The position numbers and the translations under genes were made by a program. The notes under the pieces are model-generated. The model made no database searches. It saw only the letters and a program-made list of their open reading frames with translations, and was not told the origin of the DNA. This document shows positions 28,283-38,512 of a stretch of DNA of 64,000 nucleotides, piece by piece; within the stretch, counting starts at the first letter, position 1; every line of letters begins with the position of its first letter. The stretch comes from Fibrobacteria bacterium (GTDB taxonomy: Bacteria; Fibrobacterota; Fibrobacteria; UBA11236), in NCBI GenBank assembly GCA_043745805.1, contig JAYTSD010000031.1:1-64000 (forward strand), read 5' to 3'.

Positions 28283-28857
28283 CGGCGACCCAACCCCGCA
28301 GTAGAAACAAAGTCAAAACTGACTTTGTCATTCTCAGAAAGTTTTTCTAGCCGCGTGGAGTTAAACGTGGTAATGGGAAAAACATCTTTGTAATTACTAT
28401 CACTTCTTAATTCATTAAAATAATTATCCAGAATAATGAGTTGATTTTGCCCTTGCGAGACCATGCCAAAGCCACTCACAGAGAATTGTTTTTGATTAAA
28501 TCCAAAATGGGCAATCCAATAATTTTCGGGTAAATGGGTGGCCATAGCGATTAATTTTTTGGTCCAAAATATTCGACGACTTTGTAGTTCATCTAATAAC
28601 TCAATATCGGCTTTGTCGACAAATAATTTAGAAGCCTTATACTTTAAATATTCTTTTTCTACATCCTCTAATTTATGACGCTCTTTCCGTAAAGAACTTT
28701 CCATGGTAATGACATTGAACATAAAATAAAGCAAGGCCAATCCTAAAACACCAAAGCCTAGGCTGCCTAAGGCCGTAGAAAGAGATCGGCTACGTTCTTT
28801 TTTCTTCTCTTCGCGCCGGATCACGCGAATCATATTGGTATTGTATTTTACGCTCAA
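28279..28857 (-). CDS. PilN-like protein
   Basis: N-terminal N-x-I motif, TM, W...L....LPENYWI. Confidence 0.7.
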   Translation of the reverse strand: MSVKYNTNMIRVIRREEKKKERSRSLSTALGSLGFGVLGLALLYFMFNVITMESSLRKERHKLEDVEKEYLKYKASKLFVDKADIELLDELQSRRIFWTKKLIAMATHLPENYWIAHFGFNQKQFSVSGFGMVSQGQNQLIILDNYFNELRSDSNYKDVFPITTFNSTRLEKLSENDKVSFDFVSTAGLGRR

Positions 28858-29801
28858 GGTAAAGCTCTCAAAGCTAGCGCAACTGCTAACTCAAACTTTC
28901 CGGTTTCAACTTGTAAATTACTTTGCGTACTGCTGGCTAAGTCACCAATTTTAATATCTAAACCCGTGCTCTTACGTAAGTCCAGCAATAAATCGGGTCG
29001 ATGTAAAAAATCACCAATGGCAATCATTTGAGTTAGTCCCCCTACAAGGGAATGACTTTTTTCATAATAGGAAAGGGAACGGTTGATTTCATCGCTCAGC
29101 CCGTTTAAACAACGATCACGTGTATGCTTAGAGCCCAAAAGTTCCTCGACGGAAAAATATAAATACCGATGAAAAAAAGGGTGGCCTGCGGCCTCGATCA
29201 CAATAGTCGCTATTCCTGAACTCAGATGAAGGATAATCGATGGCGCTTTATCATTATTAGGTGATTTATGTAAGGGTAGAATATTTGCTAAGGCTAAAGG
29301 TAAAACATCAACGACAGCAGGCTTAATGCCGGATTTTTCGAGAAGCGAAACTTGCTTGAGTAAATGTCCATTTGCAACCACGCTGACCATCACTTGAATT
29401 TGATCGCTATGTTCTTCACGGCCCTTTAGAATTTGATATTCAAAGGTTGAAGTGGACATTTCGAAATGGACAAATTTTCGAACTTCCAATTTCAATGCGC
29501 TTTCTAATTCAATTTCGGAGAGTTTACGAAAAGGCATTTGTGCCACAAAAACCTGTTTTCCACCCACGCAAGTTACCACTTGATCGGTTTTATGAATAGG
29601 TAATTGTAGACGTAATTGTTTCAAGGCTTCGATTAAAGCTGCTTCTTGAGTAAAGTCACCTTGCAATTCAAAAATAGGCCAAACGGATAATAAATGATTC
29701 GCCGTACCGGTTACACCCGCAGCGCGAATGCCTTTTGAATCAAATTCTAAGCCGATTGCCTTGGAAGGGGCTAGCCCTTTTGCCATGAAAAACCTCATCA
29801 A
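28854..29801 (-). CDS. PilM-like actin-fold pilus assembly protein
   Basis: IGLEFDS, VDVLPLAL, EINRSLSYY, AVALALR. Confidence 0.8.
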   Translation of the reverse strand: MMRFFMAKGLAPSKAIGLEFDSKGIRAAGVTGTANHLLSVWPIFELQGDFTQEAALIEALKQLRLQLPIHKTDQVVTCVGGKQVFVAQMPFRKLSEIELESALKLEVRKFVHFEMSTSTFEYQILKGREEHSDQIQVMVSVVANGHLLKQVSLLEKSGIKPAVVDVLPLALANILPLHKSPNNDKAPSIILHLSSGIATIVIEAAGHPFFHRYLYFSVEELLGSKHTRDRCLNGLSDEINRSLSYYEKSHSLVGGLTQMIAIGDFLHRPDLLLDLRKSTGLDIKIGDLASSTQSNLQVETGKFELAVALALRALP

Positions 29802-30116
29802 AACATCTTAAGGCATGGGTTCACCTTCTGTTTGAAGGTAAAATAGAATAGGCCCCATCCCATTCATGAAGAGTGTAGAAATAAATATAACCCACTCAAA
29901 TTATAGGTGTTATAAGATAATAAAAATTACTTGAACGTCAGGGCTAAGTCAAGAATATGTGCGCTCAGAAAATACAAATAAGCTTTTTTGTGTATGCCAA
30001 GCTATTGCCTAAATTAACCTTGGCCTAACATTTTTGGATAGCGATATTAACGCACAATTGTATGGCCAAAATAGGGAAGGGTGAATTAAATTTGGGGTTT
30101 TCAACAATGAATAAAG

Positions 30117-31085
30117 ATGAGCTCTATGGTAAAGGCCGAAACGGTTTCGCAATACAAAAAGGCCCTGCATTTTTACTGCATTGTTTGGAGCGGTTTTACG
30201 TTTATATTGCTATGTATGGGCGGCACTGTAACCAGCACAAATTCAGGTTTATCCGTCCCTGATTGGCCGACTACCTATCATCAAAATATGTTCACCTTCC
30301 CGATGTCAAAATGGGTGGGCGGAGTGTTCTATGAGCATACTCATCGCTTAATGGCTTCTTTAGTTGGATGCTTAACGATTGGATTTTGCCTTCTGGTTTG
30401 GAAATGGGAAACTCGTAAGTGGATGAAGCGGTTGGCACCCTTGGCATTAGGCATGGTCATTTTGCAAGGAGTGCTTGGTGGCGTTACGGTACTTTTCAAG
30501 TTACCCGTGGAAATTTCAGCTTCACATGCCTGTCTGGCAGAGTTATTTTTTTGTTTAACCGTACTTGCGTGTTTTGGAAATTCAAGGATATGGTTTAGTG
30601 CCCCAATAGCAATACCATTTCGAGAGGCTATAAAAAATAATTTACTTAAATTGGCAGCAATTTTTTGGAGTATCGTGTTTATACAAATCACTACGGGAGC
30701 TATTATCCGTCACAGTTTTGCGGGTTTAGCTATTCCAACTTTCCCCAAAGCTTATGGGGAATGGATACCTCCTTTTTGGAATTTTGTGATTGCCATTCAC
30801 TTTTTGCATAGCCGAATTGGAGCCTTGAGCATTCTTGTTTGCGGAGTAATCTTAGTCTTATGGACTTTAAAAATGAATAATAAACTCGCAAAACAATTTG
30901 CCCTCATTTTGCTTTTGTTGTTGTTAGCACAAATGCTTTTTGGCATGCTCACCATTTGGTCGGGAAAGGCTGCGCTGCCTACCACGGTGCATATGGCCAC
31001 GGGCGCTTTGATTTTTGCTGACAGTTTTCTATTGTTCCTTTCCATTTCCCGCTTTGGGGCCAAACGGAATAACTTAGTTGAGTAA
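30117..31085 (+). CDS. ctaA: Heme A synthase (COX15/CtaA)
   Basis: GLSVPDWP, EHTHR, Q..LGG.TV, conserved His residues, 8 TM. Confidence 0.9.
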   Translation: MSSMVKAETVSQYKKALHFYCIVWSGFTFILLCMGGTVTSTNSGLSVPDWPTTYHQNMFTFPMSKWVGGVFYEHTHRLMASLVGCLTIGFCLLVWKWETRKWMKRLAPLALGMVILQGVLGGVTVLFKLPVEISASHACLAELFFCLTVLACFGNSRIWFSAPIAIPFREAIKNNLLKLAAIFWSIVFIQITTGAIIRHSFAGLAIPTFPKAYGEWIPPFWNFVIAIHFLHSRIGALSILVCGVILVLWTLKMNNKLAKQFALILLLLLLAQMLFGMLTIWSGKAALPTTVHMATGALIFADSFLLFLSISRFGAKRNNLVE

Positions 31086-31989
31086 AGTATTAGCCGAAAT
31101 AAGCGAAGTCGTTGTGCCGACACAAAGTAAAAGCAAAAGCTTTTTCCAATTGATGAAGTTGCGCATGGTTTTCCAAATAGTTTTAACCACTTTTGTCGGT
31201 TATTATTTAGGGGTAACCGGAATGTTTCGCTGGGACATTTTATTTTCCGCCTTATCAGGCACGGCATTGTTGGCAATTGGTGCCTTTGCACTCAATCAAA
31301 CTTTCGAAAAAAAACAAGATTTATTAATGGAACGCACTAAAAATCGTCCCATCCCCACGGAAAAAATTTCAGAAAGTGAAGGACTTTTAGTAGGTATAAC
31401 TTGTTTTATACTGGGAACCGCCAATTTGTATTTCGGTGTGAACCCGCTCACCGCTTTTTTAGGTGCTTTAACATTGATTCTCTATGCCTGGGTTTATACA
31501 CCGTTCAAAAGAATTTCTAGCCTAAACACTTTGATTGGAGCTATACCAGGGGCTCTTCCGCCATTAATGGGTTGGACTACTGCACAAAATTCTTTGGGCA
31601 AAGGTGGCTTGGTTTTATTTGGAATATTATTTTTTTGGCAGCTGCCGCATTTTTTAGCCTTAGCATGGATGTATAAAAAAGATTATACCGATGGTGGGTT
31701 TAAAATGTTAAGTGTTACCGATCCTTCGGGGCAAGCCTGTTTCCGACAGATTATTTTGCAAACCATTTGTTTGATTCTTGTTTCAACCCTTCCTTTTATG
31801 TTGCATTTGGCAGGCTGGATTTATTTATCCTCCGCACTTGCATTTGGATTTTATTTTCTTTATACTGGATGGCAGTTGTATCGATTACAAACTCGCGATG
31901 CGGCGAGGAAAGTTTTTTTTACTTCAATAATTTATTTACCCATAGTGCTTATCATGTTAGCGCTTAATAAAGTAGTGGTTTTCATTTAG
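31078..31989 (+). CDS. ctaB: Protoheme IX farnesyltransferase (heme O synthase)
   Basis: D.LMERTKNRP, YTPFKR, GAIPGALPPLMGW, FWQLPHF. Confidence 0.95.
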   Translation: MSKVLAEISEVVVPTQSKSKSFFQLMKLRMVFQIVLTTFVGYYLGVTGMFRWDILFSALSGTALLAIGAFALNQTFEKKQDLLMERTKNRPIPTEKISESEGLLVGITCFILGTANLYFGVNPLTAFLGALTLILYAWVYTPFKRISSLNTLIGAIPGALPPLMGWTTAQNSLGKGGLVLFGILFFWQLPHFLALAWMYKKDYTDGGFKMLSVTDPSGQACFRQIILQTICLILVSTLPFMLHLAGWIYLSSALAFGFYFLYTGWQLYRLQTRDAARKVFFTSIIYLPIVLIMLALNKVVVFI

Positions 31990-32155
31990 TGAAATTCTAG
32001 TCAGACTAAATGACAAAAATAAAATTAACGGAAATAAAAAAAATTGTTGAATTTGATTTCTCGAAAAACTACTATTTCTCCATCATTCATAAGGATGTAA
32101 ATATTTTATTAAACAATTTTAAACTTCCTATTGACTATTTCTATCCACTCCTTAC

Positions 32156-32830
32156 TTGGAGAGCGTCTTAATGTTATTCCCAAAGTGGACTAATCGAGTA
32201 CCGCTGATTCTGGTGGTGTCACTCTTTATACTCGCTAATATAATCGTGTTTGTAGTATGGTATTGGGGTTCCCCTAAACATACTTTTGTAGGCTATGAAC
32301 CTGTTCAGCCTATCGCCTATAGTCACAAAATTCATGCCGGTCAAATGGGAATGGATTGTCGTTATTGTCATTTCAATGTGGAAAAAGGCAAGCATGCAGG
32401 CGTGCCACCTACTGAAGTGTGTATGAATTGCCATACTCTTATTCAAAAAAAATCAACGGATAAAGTAAAGTCGCCCGAAATCGCAAAAATTGCGGCGGCT
32501 TTTTATTCTGGAAAGCCCATTCCTTGGGTGCGTATTCATAAACTGCCTGAATTTGCTTATTTCAATCATAGTGCGCATGTTAACAAAGGCGTTAGTTGCG
32601 TAACCTGTCATGGACGTATTGATCAAATGGATGTGGTGCGTGCGGTGCAGCCTTTAAGTATGTCTTGGTGCTTGGATTGTCATCGTAATCCAGGCCCCAA
32701 TTTGCGCGACAAAAAACTTGTGACCAATTTGGCATGGCAGCCTGAAGGCGACCCTGTAGCCAATGGCAAAAAGTTTATTGAAATGTATCACGTTAATCCC
32801 AGAACGGATTGCTCAGCATGTCATCGTTAA
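32156..32830 (+). CDS. actA: Alternative complex III pentaheme cytochrome c subunit (ATG at 32171 likely)
   Basis: Five CxxCH motifs (CRYCH, CMNCH, CVTCH, CLDCH, CSACH); QPIAYSHKIH; N-terminal TM. Confidence 0.93.
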   Translation: MESVLMLFPKWTNRVPLILVVSLFILANIIVFVVWYWGSPKHTFVGYEPVQPIAYSHKIHAGQMGMDCRYCHFNVEKGKHAGVPPTEVCMNCHTLIQKKSTDKVKSPEIAKIAAAFYSGKPIPWVRIHKLPEFAYFNHSAHVNKGVSCVTCHGRIDQMDVVRAVQPLSMSWCLDCHRNPGPNLRDKKLVTNLAWQPEGDPVANGKKFIEMYHVNPRTDCSACHR

Positions 32831-35800
32831 ACTTGGACCCTAAACAGCCTGAAAAGCAATACTGGAAAAGCTTAGAAGAGTTGGCTGAAACACCGCAGTT
32901 TAAGGACTATTTACATCGTGAATTTCCTGAAGAAGCTTCAGAATTAGGAAGCGGAGTTTCGCGTCGTCAATTCCTACAAGTAATGGGTGCGGGACTCGCT
33001 CTCGCAGGCGTTTCCGGCTGTAAGCCTATTCAACGTCCCGTAGAAAATATCTTTACCTACAATAAAATGCCAGAGAGTTTAATTCCTGGTATTCCTCAAT
33101 TTTATGCGACTTCAATGTCCATTGCGGGTGAGAATATTGGTTTATTAGTTGAAAGTCATGAAGGGCGTCCTACCAAAATTGAAGGTAACCCAAAGCATCC
33201 TAGTAGCGTAGGCGCTACGGGTAAATTTCATCAAGCAAGTATTTTAGAGTTATATAATCCCGAACGTTCTCAAGTGGTTTTAAAAGACGGTGCGCCTTCT
33301 ACTTGGGCCGATGCAGGGCAAGCACTTCAAGCCTTAATGCAAAAGTATAAACAAAATGAGGGAGAGGGGCTTCGCTTCCTCACTGGTTTAACGACTTCAC
33401 CTACTTTGACATCCCTTAAGCAAGAAATTTTAAAAGCTTTGCCCAAAGCTAAATGGACTGTATACGAGCCTACACAAGCCGAAAATCAAATTAATGGTAT
33501 CGCAGCCGTTACGGGTCAACGTCTAGTTCCGCTTTACCATTTTGAAAAAGCCAAACGTATTTTATCGATAGATGCGGATTTCTTAGAAACTGAAGCAAAT
33601 CATTTACCTAATGCAAAATCTTTTTCCGGTGGTCGAAATCCCGATAAAGGTTTGGAAGGAATGAATCGTCTTTATGTGGTGGAGTCGCAATATTCGATAA
33701 CCGGCGGTTCGGCTGATCATCGTTTGCGCGTAAAGCCTAGTCAAGTGCCTTTGGTACTTTGGGCTATTGCCAAAGAACTGCAAGCTCAAGGTTTAAACTT
33801 GGGCGCAAATTTACCTGAAGAGTTTAATTCTTTGCTTGCCTCGGTAGATGTTAAAGGCATCGGCACCGATTCTAAATGGCTGCAAGCCTTAGCCCAAGAT
33901 TTATTCTTGGCTAAAGGTGCTTGTTTGGTTCTTGTTGGAAAACATCAAGCTCCTGCAACTCACGCTTTAGCGCATATTTTAAATATTGCTTTGAGTAATC
34001 TGGGTGTTACCCTTGAGTATCACAATAATGTCGTCGCTGAACTTAATTATGCAGCTACCGAAAATATTTCTTCACCCACTGCTTTGGCTGCCCTAGCACA
34101 AGAAATTAATCACGGCGCCGTTGAAACCATAATTGTTTTTAATACAAATCCTGCTTACAATTCAACTGGGGACATTAATTTTGCCGGAGCATTAGCTAAA
34201 GTTAAAAACAGCATTTATCTTGGTTCTGAATTAAACGAAACCGCAAAAGTTTCGCATTGGAGTTTACCGGAATCCCATTATCTTGAATCTTGGGGCGATG
34301 CTTACGCTATAGATGGCACAGCAAATATTGTACAGCCACTAATAGCACCACTTTATGAATCTTTTAGCGCTATTGAATTTTTGGCTTCGCTGTCCGAAAA
34401 CGCTCTCACTAAAGGCCATGAACTTGTGAAAGAATTTTGGCGCAAGAAAATGGGTGGATTAGACTTTGAAAAGCAATGGCGCGAGTACTTGCATGAAGGT
34501 GTTATTGCCAATACCGCTTCGGGTATTGTTTCTCCAGGCTATAATAAAGATGGATTAGCTGCAACATCGAAAATGTATGCTGCCATTGCGGCTCCAAAAT
34601 CTGGCATCGAATTAGTGGTTCGTGAACATTCTAGTATTTTTGATGGTCGCTTTGCGAACAGTGCTTGGTTGCAAGAATTACCTGATCCTATTACGAAATT
34701 AACTTGGGATAATGCGGTTTTAATTAGCCTAAATATGGCTGAAAAGTTAGGCATTGCAAATAAAATTGTGGAAGCCAAAGCTGGCGGATCCACTATGGGT
34801 GCTGATACCGAGCGTCCTATGGTTAAAATAACTTCTAGTGGCAAAAGTATTGAAGGTCCAGCTTGGGTTATGCCTGGTATGGCTGAAGATACTGTATTTG
34901 TGACTTTAGGCTATGGGCGTAAAACTGTTGGTAAAGTGGGAACAGGCACGGGCTTTGATGTTTATCCACTACTCACCGTAAACACTGATAATTATCTTTC
35001 GGATATTCAAATTCAACCTACTGGTGCAGATTATTCCTTAGCTTGTACTCAAGATCATTGGTCTTTAGAAGGTCGTCCTATCGCTCGCGAAGGAAATCTT
35101 GAAGAATATGTCAAAGAGCCAGAATTCGCTTCTGACGAAAAGATGAATGAGCACCCTCCTTTAAATAGTCTTTGGGATGAAAAAGATTACTCCAAAGGCA
35201 TGCAATGGGGTATGGTAATTGACTTTAATACTTGTACAGGCTGTAATACTTGTGTGGTGGCTTGCCAAGCAGAAAATAATATTCCAACTGTGGGTAAGCA
35301 ACAAGTGATACGTGGTCGCGAAATGCATTGGATTCGTTTGGATCGGTATTTTTCTGGTGACGTACACAACCCCGAATTGATTTTCCAAGTGATGACATGT
35401 CAACAATGTCAAAATGCACCTTGCGAAGAAGTTTGCCCTGTTGCCGCAACAGTACATTCTTCCGAAGGTTTAAATGATATGACTTATAATCGCTGTATTG
35501 GAACGCGTTATTGTTCTAATAACTGTCCTTATAAAGTTCGCCGTTTTAATTTTTTCAATTACAATAATAAACTTACTGATTCCGAAAAAATGCAAAAAAA
35601 TCCGGATGTTACGGTACGTTTCCGTGGTGTGATGGAAAAATGCACTTATTGCGTTCAACGTATCAATCAAGCGCGTATCAAGTTTAAAAACTTAGGACAA
35701 GAGATAATTCCAGAAGGGGCCGTCACGCCAGCTTGTGCGCAATCCTGTCCTACCGATGCGATTGTTTTTGGAAATATTAATGATCCTGAAAGCAGAATTG

Positions 35801-35925
35801 CAAAATTAAAAGCACATCCTCGTAATTACGGGGTCTTAACTGATTTGAATACCAAGCCACGTACTACCTATTTGGCTAAGGTACGCAATCCAAATCCTGC
35901 AATCGAAAAATTAGCGACGGCTTAG
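32809..35925 (+). CDS. actB: Alternative complex III subunit B (molybdopterin-oxidoreductase-like domain plus Fe-S domain)
   Basis: YWKSLEE, REFPE, Tat motif SRRQFL plus lipobox VSGC; Fe-S motifs CTGCNTCVVAC, CQQCQNAPC, CIGTRYCSNNC, KCTYC. Confidence 0.95.
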   Translation: MLSMSSLNLDPKQPEKQYWKSLEELAETPQFKDYLHREFPEEASELGSGVSRRQFLQVMGAGLALAGVSGCKPIQRPVENIFTYNKMPESLIPGIPQFYATSMSIAGENIGLLVESHEGRPTKIEGNPKHPSSVGATGKFHQASILELYNPERSQVVLKDGAPSTWADAGQALQALMQKYKQNEGEGLRFLTGLTTSPTLTSLKQEILKALPKAKWTVYEPTQAENQINGIAAVTGQRLVPLYHFEKAKRILSIDADFLETEANHLPNAKSFSGGRNPDKGLEGMNRLYVVESQYSITGGSADHRLRVKPSQVPLVLWAIAKELQAQGLNLGANLPEEFNSLLASVDVKGIGTDSKWLQALAQDLFLAKGACLVLVGKHQAPATHALAHILNIALSNLGVTLEYHNNVVAELNYAATENISSPTALAALAQEINHGAVETIIVFNTNPAYNSTGDINFAGALAKVKNSIYLGSELNETAKVSHWSLPESHYLESWGDAYAIDGTANIVQPLIAPLYESFSAIEFLASLSENALTKGHELVKEFWRKKMGGLDFEKQWREYLHEGVIANTASGIVSPGYNKDGLAATSKMYAAIAAPKSGIELVVREHSSIFDGRFANSAWLQELPDPITKLTWDNAVLISLNMAEKLGIANKIVEAKAGGSTMGADTERPMVKITSSGKSIEGPAWVMPGMAEDTVFVTLGYGRKTVGKVGTGTGFDVYPLLTVNTDNYLSDIQIQPTGADYSLACTQDHWSLEGRPIAREGNLEEYVKEPEFASDEKMNEHPPLNSLWDEKDYSKGMQWGMVIDFNTCTGCNTCVVACQAENNIPTVGKQQVIRGREMHWIRLDRYFSGDVHNPELIFQVMTCQQCQNAPCEEVCPVAATVHSSEGLNDMTYNRCIGTRYCSNNCPYKVRRFNFFNYNNKLTDSEKMQKNPDVTVRFRGVMEKCTYCVQRINQARIKFKNLGQEIIPEGAVTPACAQSCPTDAIVFGNINDPESRIAKLKAHPRNYGVLTDLNTKPRTTYLAKVRNPNPAIEKLATA

Positions 35926-35946
35926 AGTTTAGGGGTAAATGCACTT

Positions 35947-37335
35947 ATGATTTTACATGATGACAATCATCCTTCGCGCAGGCCAGTGCTGGTTGAATCC
36001 AGTGACTTTCATGAAGTCACAAATATTATCAGCTCACCTACTGAAATGGTTAAAACACCAAGAGCTTGGTGGATACTTTTCCTTTTTAGCTTGTCATTGC
36101 TTTGTCTTTTAGGGGCGATGATTGGTTATTTATTCTGGGAAGGCACTGGCGTTTGGGGTGTAAATGTTCCTGTAGGTTGGGGCTGGGCTATTGTTAATTT
36201 CGTGTGGTGGATTGGTATCGGCCATGCCGGTACGCTAATTTCTGCTATTCTATTTCTTTTCCGTCAAAGATGGCGTACCGCTATTAATCGCTTTTCCGAA
36301 GCCATGACCATTTTTGCGGTAATGTGCGCAGGTATTTTTCCAGGTATACATGTAGGCCGTATTTGGGTGGCTTATTATATGTTCCCCATCCCTAACTCAA
36401 TGTCGGTTTGGCCAAATTTCCGTAGTCCTTTATTATGGGATGTATTTGCGGTAAGTACTTATTTCACAGTTTCTCTTTTGTTTTGGTATGTCGGTTTAGT
36501 CCCTGATTTAGCTACGCTACGTGATCGTGCTACGAATAAATTTAAGAAAACGGTTTTAGGAGTATTTGCTTTGGGATGGCGCGGTGCCAATCGTCATTGG
36601 CAAAACTATGAGCGCGCCTATTTAATTCTTGCGGCTATTTCTACACCGCTGGTTTTGTCGGTACATTCTATTGTTAGTTTTGACTTTGCCGTTTCTAAAG
36701 TGCCTGGTTGGCATACCACTATCTTCCCTCCTTACTTTGTAGCTGGTGCAGTATTTTCTGGCTTTGCATTAGTATCCACACTATTGATTATTGCCCGTGA
36801 AGTTTTTGGTTTAAAACAAGTAGTACGTATGCATCATTTAGATAACATGAATAAATTCATGTTATTAACGGGTACCTTGGTGGGTTATGCTTATGCAATG
36901 GAATTCTTTATCGCTTGGTATAGCGGTAATCTTTATGAACGCTTTGCCTTTATCAATAGAGCTTTAGGGCCTTTTGGCTGGGCTTATTGGATTATGATTT
37001 CTTGTAATGTGATTTCTCCCCAGTTATTCTGGTTTAAGAAAATCCGTTACAATATTCCCATTACTTTTATCATTACCATATTTATTAATATCGGTATGTG
37101 GTTCGAACGTTTTGTAATTGTAATCACCTTGCATGCAGACTTTTTACCTTCTTCTTGGGGCTATTATCGACCAAGTTGGGTGGATGTGCTTACCTACGTT
37201 GGAACCTTTGGTTTATTCGGAAGTTTATTCTTGTTATTCTTGAAATATTTACCTCAACTTGCCATCGCGGAAGTGAAGGGCGTAATGCCAGAAGCCAATC
37301 CCCATCATGGGCAGCATGGAATCAAGGGTCATTAA
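35947..37335 (+). CDS. actC: Alternative complex III quinol-oxidising NrfD-like subunit
   Basis: [39 protein letters not shown]. Confidence 0.95.
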   Translation: MILHDDNHPSRRPVLVESSDFHEVTNIISSPTEMVKTPRAWWILFLFSLSLLCLLGAMIGYLFWEGTGVWGVNVPVGWGWAIVNFVWWIGIGHAGTLISAILFLFRQRWRTAINRFSEAMTIFAVMCAGIFPGIHVGRIWVAYYMFPIPNSMSVWPNFRSPLLWDVFAVSTYFTVSLLFWYVGLVPDLATLRDRATNKFKKTVLGVFALGWRGANRHWQNYERAYLILAAISTPLVLSVHSIVSFDFAVSKVPGWHTTIFPPYFVAGAVFSGFALVSTLLIIAREVFGLKQVVRMHHLDNMNKFMLLTGTLVGYAYAMEFFIAWYSGNLYERFAFINRALGPFGWAYWIMISCNVISPQLFWFKKIRYNIPITFIITIFINIGMWFERFVIVITLHADFLPSSWGYYRPSWVDVLTYVGTFGLFGSLFLLFLKYLPQLAIAEVKGVMPEANPHHGQHGIKGH

Positions 37336-37336
37336 T

Positions 37337-37891
37337 ATGGAAACTGTGAAAGCACCTAAAGTAAACAAAACATTTGGCATACTTGCTGAATTTTCTAGTC
37401 CGGGTGATGTTTATCATGCGGCTGAAAAAGTTCGTGACAAAGGATATAAAAAATGGGATGTATACAGTCCCTTTCCTATCCATGGCATGGACAAAGCTAT
37501 GGGTATGGGACAAAGTAAAATGGGCTGGCTTTCCGCATTAGGTGGTTTAACCGGTGCGACTTGTGGATTTAGTATGCAATATTGGATAAGCGTTTATGCG
37601 CAACCAGTAATCATAGGTGGAAAGCCCTTAAATAGTTATCCAGCTTTTGTTCCTGTTACTTTTGAACCAGGAATTTTATTTACAGCATTTTTCACTGTCT
37701 TTGGGATGTTTGCTCTTAATGGGTTACCCCGTTTGTATCATGCTGTATTTCGCAGCAAAAATTTTGCGAAGGCTACCGATAATGGTTTCTTCATAGGTAT
37801 TGAAGCGCGCGATGCACGTTTTGATATTAATGAAACCAAAAAACTTTTGGAAAGTATCGGCGGACAAAACATCGAAGTGTTGGAGGATTAA
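37337..37891 (+). CDS. actD: Alternative complex III subunit D (DUF3341; ORF track start 37307)
   Basis: YSPFPIHGMD, GGKP, PAFVPVTFE. Confidence 0.92.
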   Translation: METVKAPKVNKTFGILAEFSSPGDVYHAAEKVRDKGYKKWDVYSPFPIHGMDKAMGMGQSKMGWLSALGGLTGATCGFSMQYWISVYAQPVIIGGKPLNSYPAFVPVTFEPGILFTAFFTVFGMFALNGLPRLYHAVFRSKNFAKATDNGFFIGIEARDARFDINETKKLLESIGGQNIEVLED

Positions 37892-37894
37892 CCT

Positions 37895-38500
37895 TTGAGC
37901 GGCTTTTTTAAAACTCTATACTTAGCAATCGCTGGAGCATTATTGCTAGCCGGTTGCCGAGGCCAAACATCTCAAGAACCTCCTTTTTGGATTAAACATG
38001 GTATGGAATACCAAGGCCGTTTCATGGCCTTTCAGGAAAATAAATTTTATGAAGATCATCGTGCCATGCGTCAACCTCCCGAAGGTACCGTAGCCAGAGG
38101 GTTACTCAAAGCCGATGAGGTTTATTATCATGGTGGTGTAGATACTCACTTTGTAGTGACTTCGCCAGTACCGCTTACTGCCAATCTATTGGTTCGCGGA
38201 CAAGAACGGTTTAACATCTATTGTTCACCTTGCCATGGTCAAACTGGCATGGGGGATGGGATCGTCGTTAAAAAAGGTTTTTTACCTCCGCCTAATTTTC
38301 ATGACGAACGCATCATCACAATGCGTGATGGACAAGTTTTTAGAACGATTACCAATGGAATTCGCAATATGCCTTCATATGGCAAGCAAATTCCAGAAGA
38401 TGATCGTTGGGCAATAGTTGCTTATTTAAGGGCCTTGCAAAGAAGTCAAAAAGCCAGCTTGAAAGATGTTCCGGAATCTGACCGTAACGATTTGAAATAA
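37895..38500 (+). CDS. actE: Alternative complex III monoheme cytochrome c lipoprotein
   Basis: Lipobox LAGC; CSPCH; RWAIVAYLRALQ. Confidence 0.93.
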   Translation: MSGFFKTLYLAIAGALLLAGCRGQTSQEPPFWIKHGMEYQGRFMAFQENKFYEDHRAMRQPPEGTVARGLLKADEVYYHGGVDTHFVVTSPVPLTANLLVRGQERFNIYCSPCHGQTGMGDGIVVKKGFLPPPNFHDERIITMRDGQVFRTITNGIRNMPSYGKQIPEDDRWAIVAYLRALQRSQKASLKDVPESDRNDLK

Positions 38501-38512
38501 AAGGGATAGTGG

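Noticed and set aside
29994-30011. Possible sigma54 promoter (minus strand TAGGCAATAGCTTGGCA) upstream of pilM
   Set aside because: GG-N10-GC spacing is present, but the -12 element is TGGC rather than TTGC and the -24 match is weak
29802-30116. c-di-GMP riboswitch or FNR box in the pilM/ctaA divergent region
   Set aside because: No GEMM-like motif or TTGAT-N4-ATCAA found by eye
31998-32008. Palindrome TAGTC-A-GACTA between ctaB and actA
   Set aside because: Short, single occurrence; expected by chance in 64 kb
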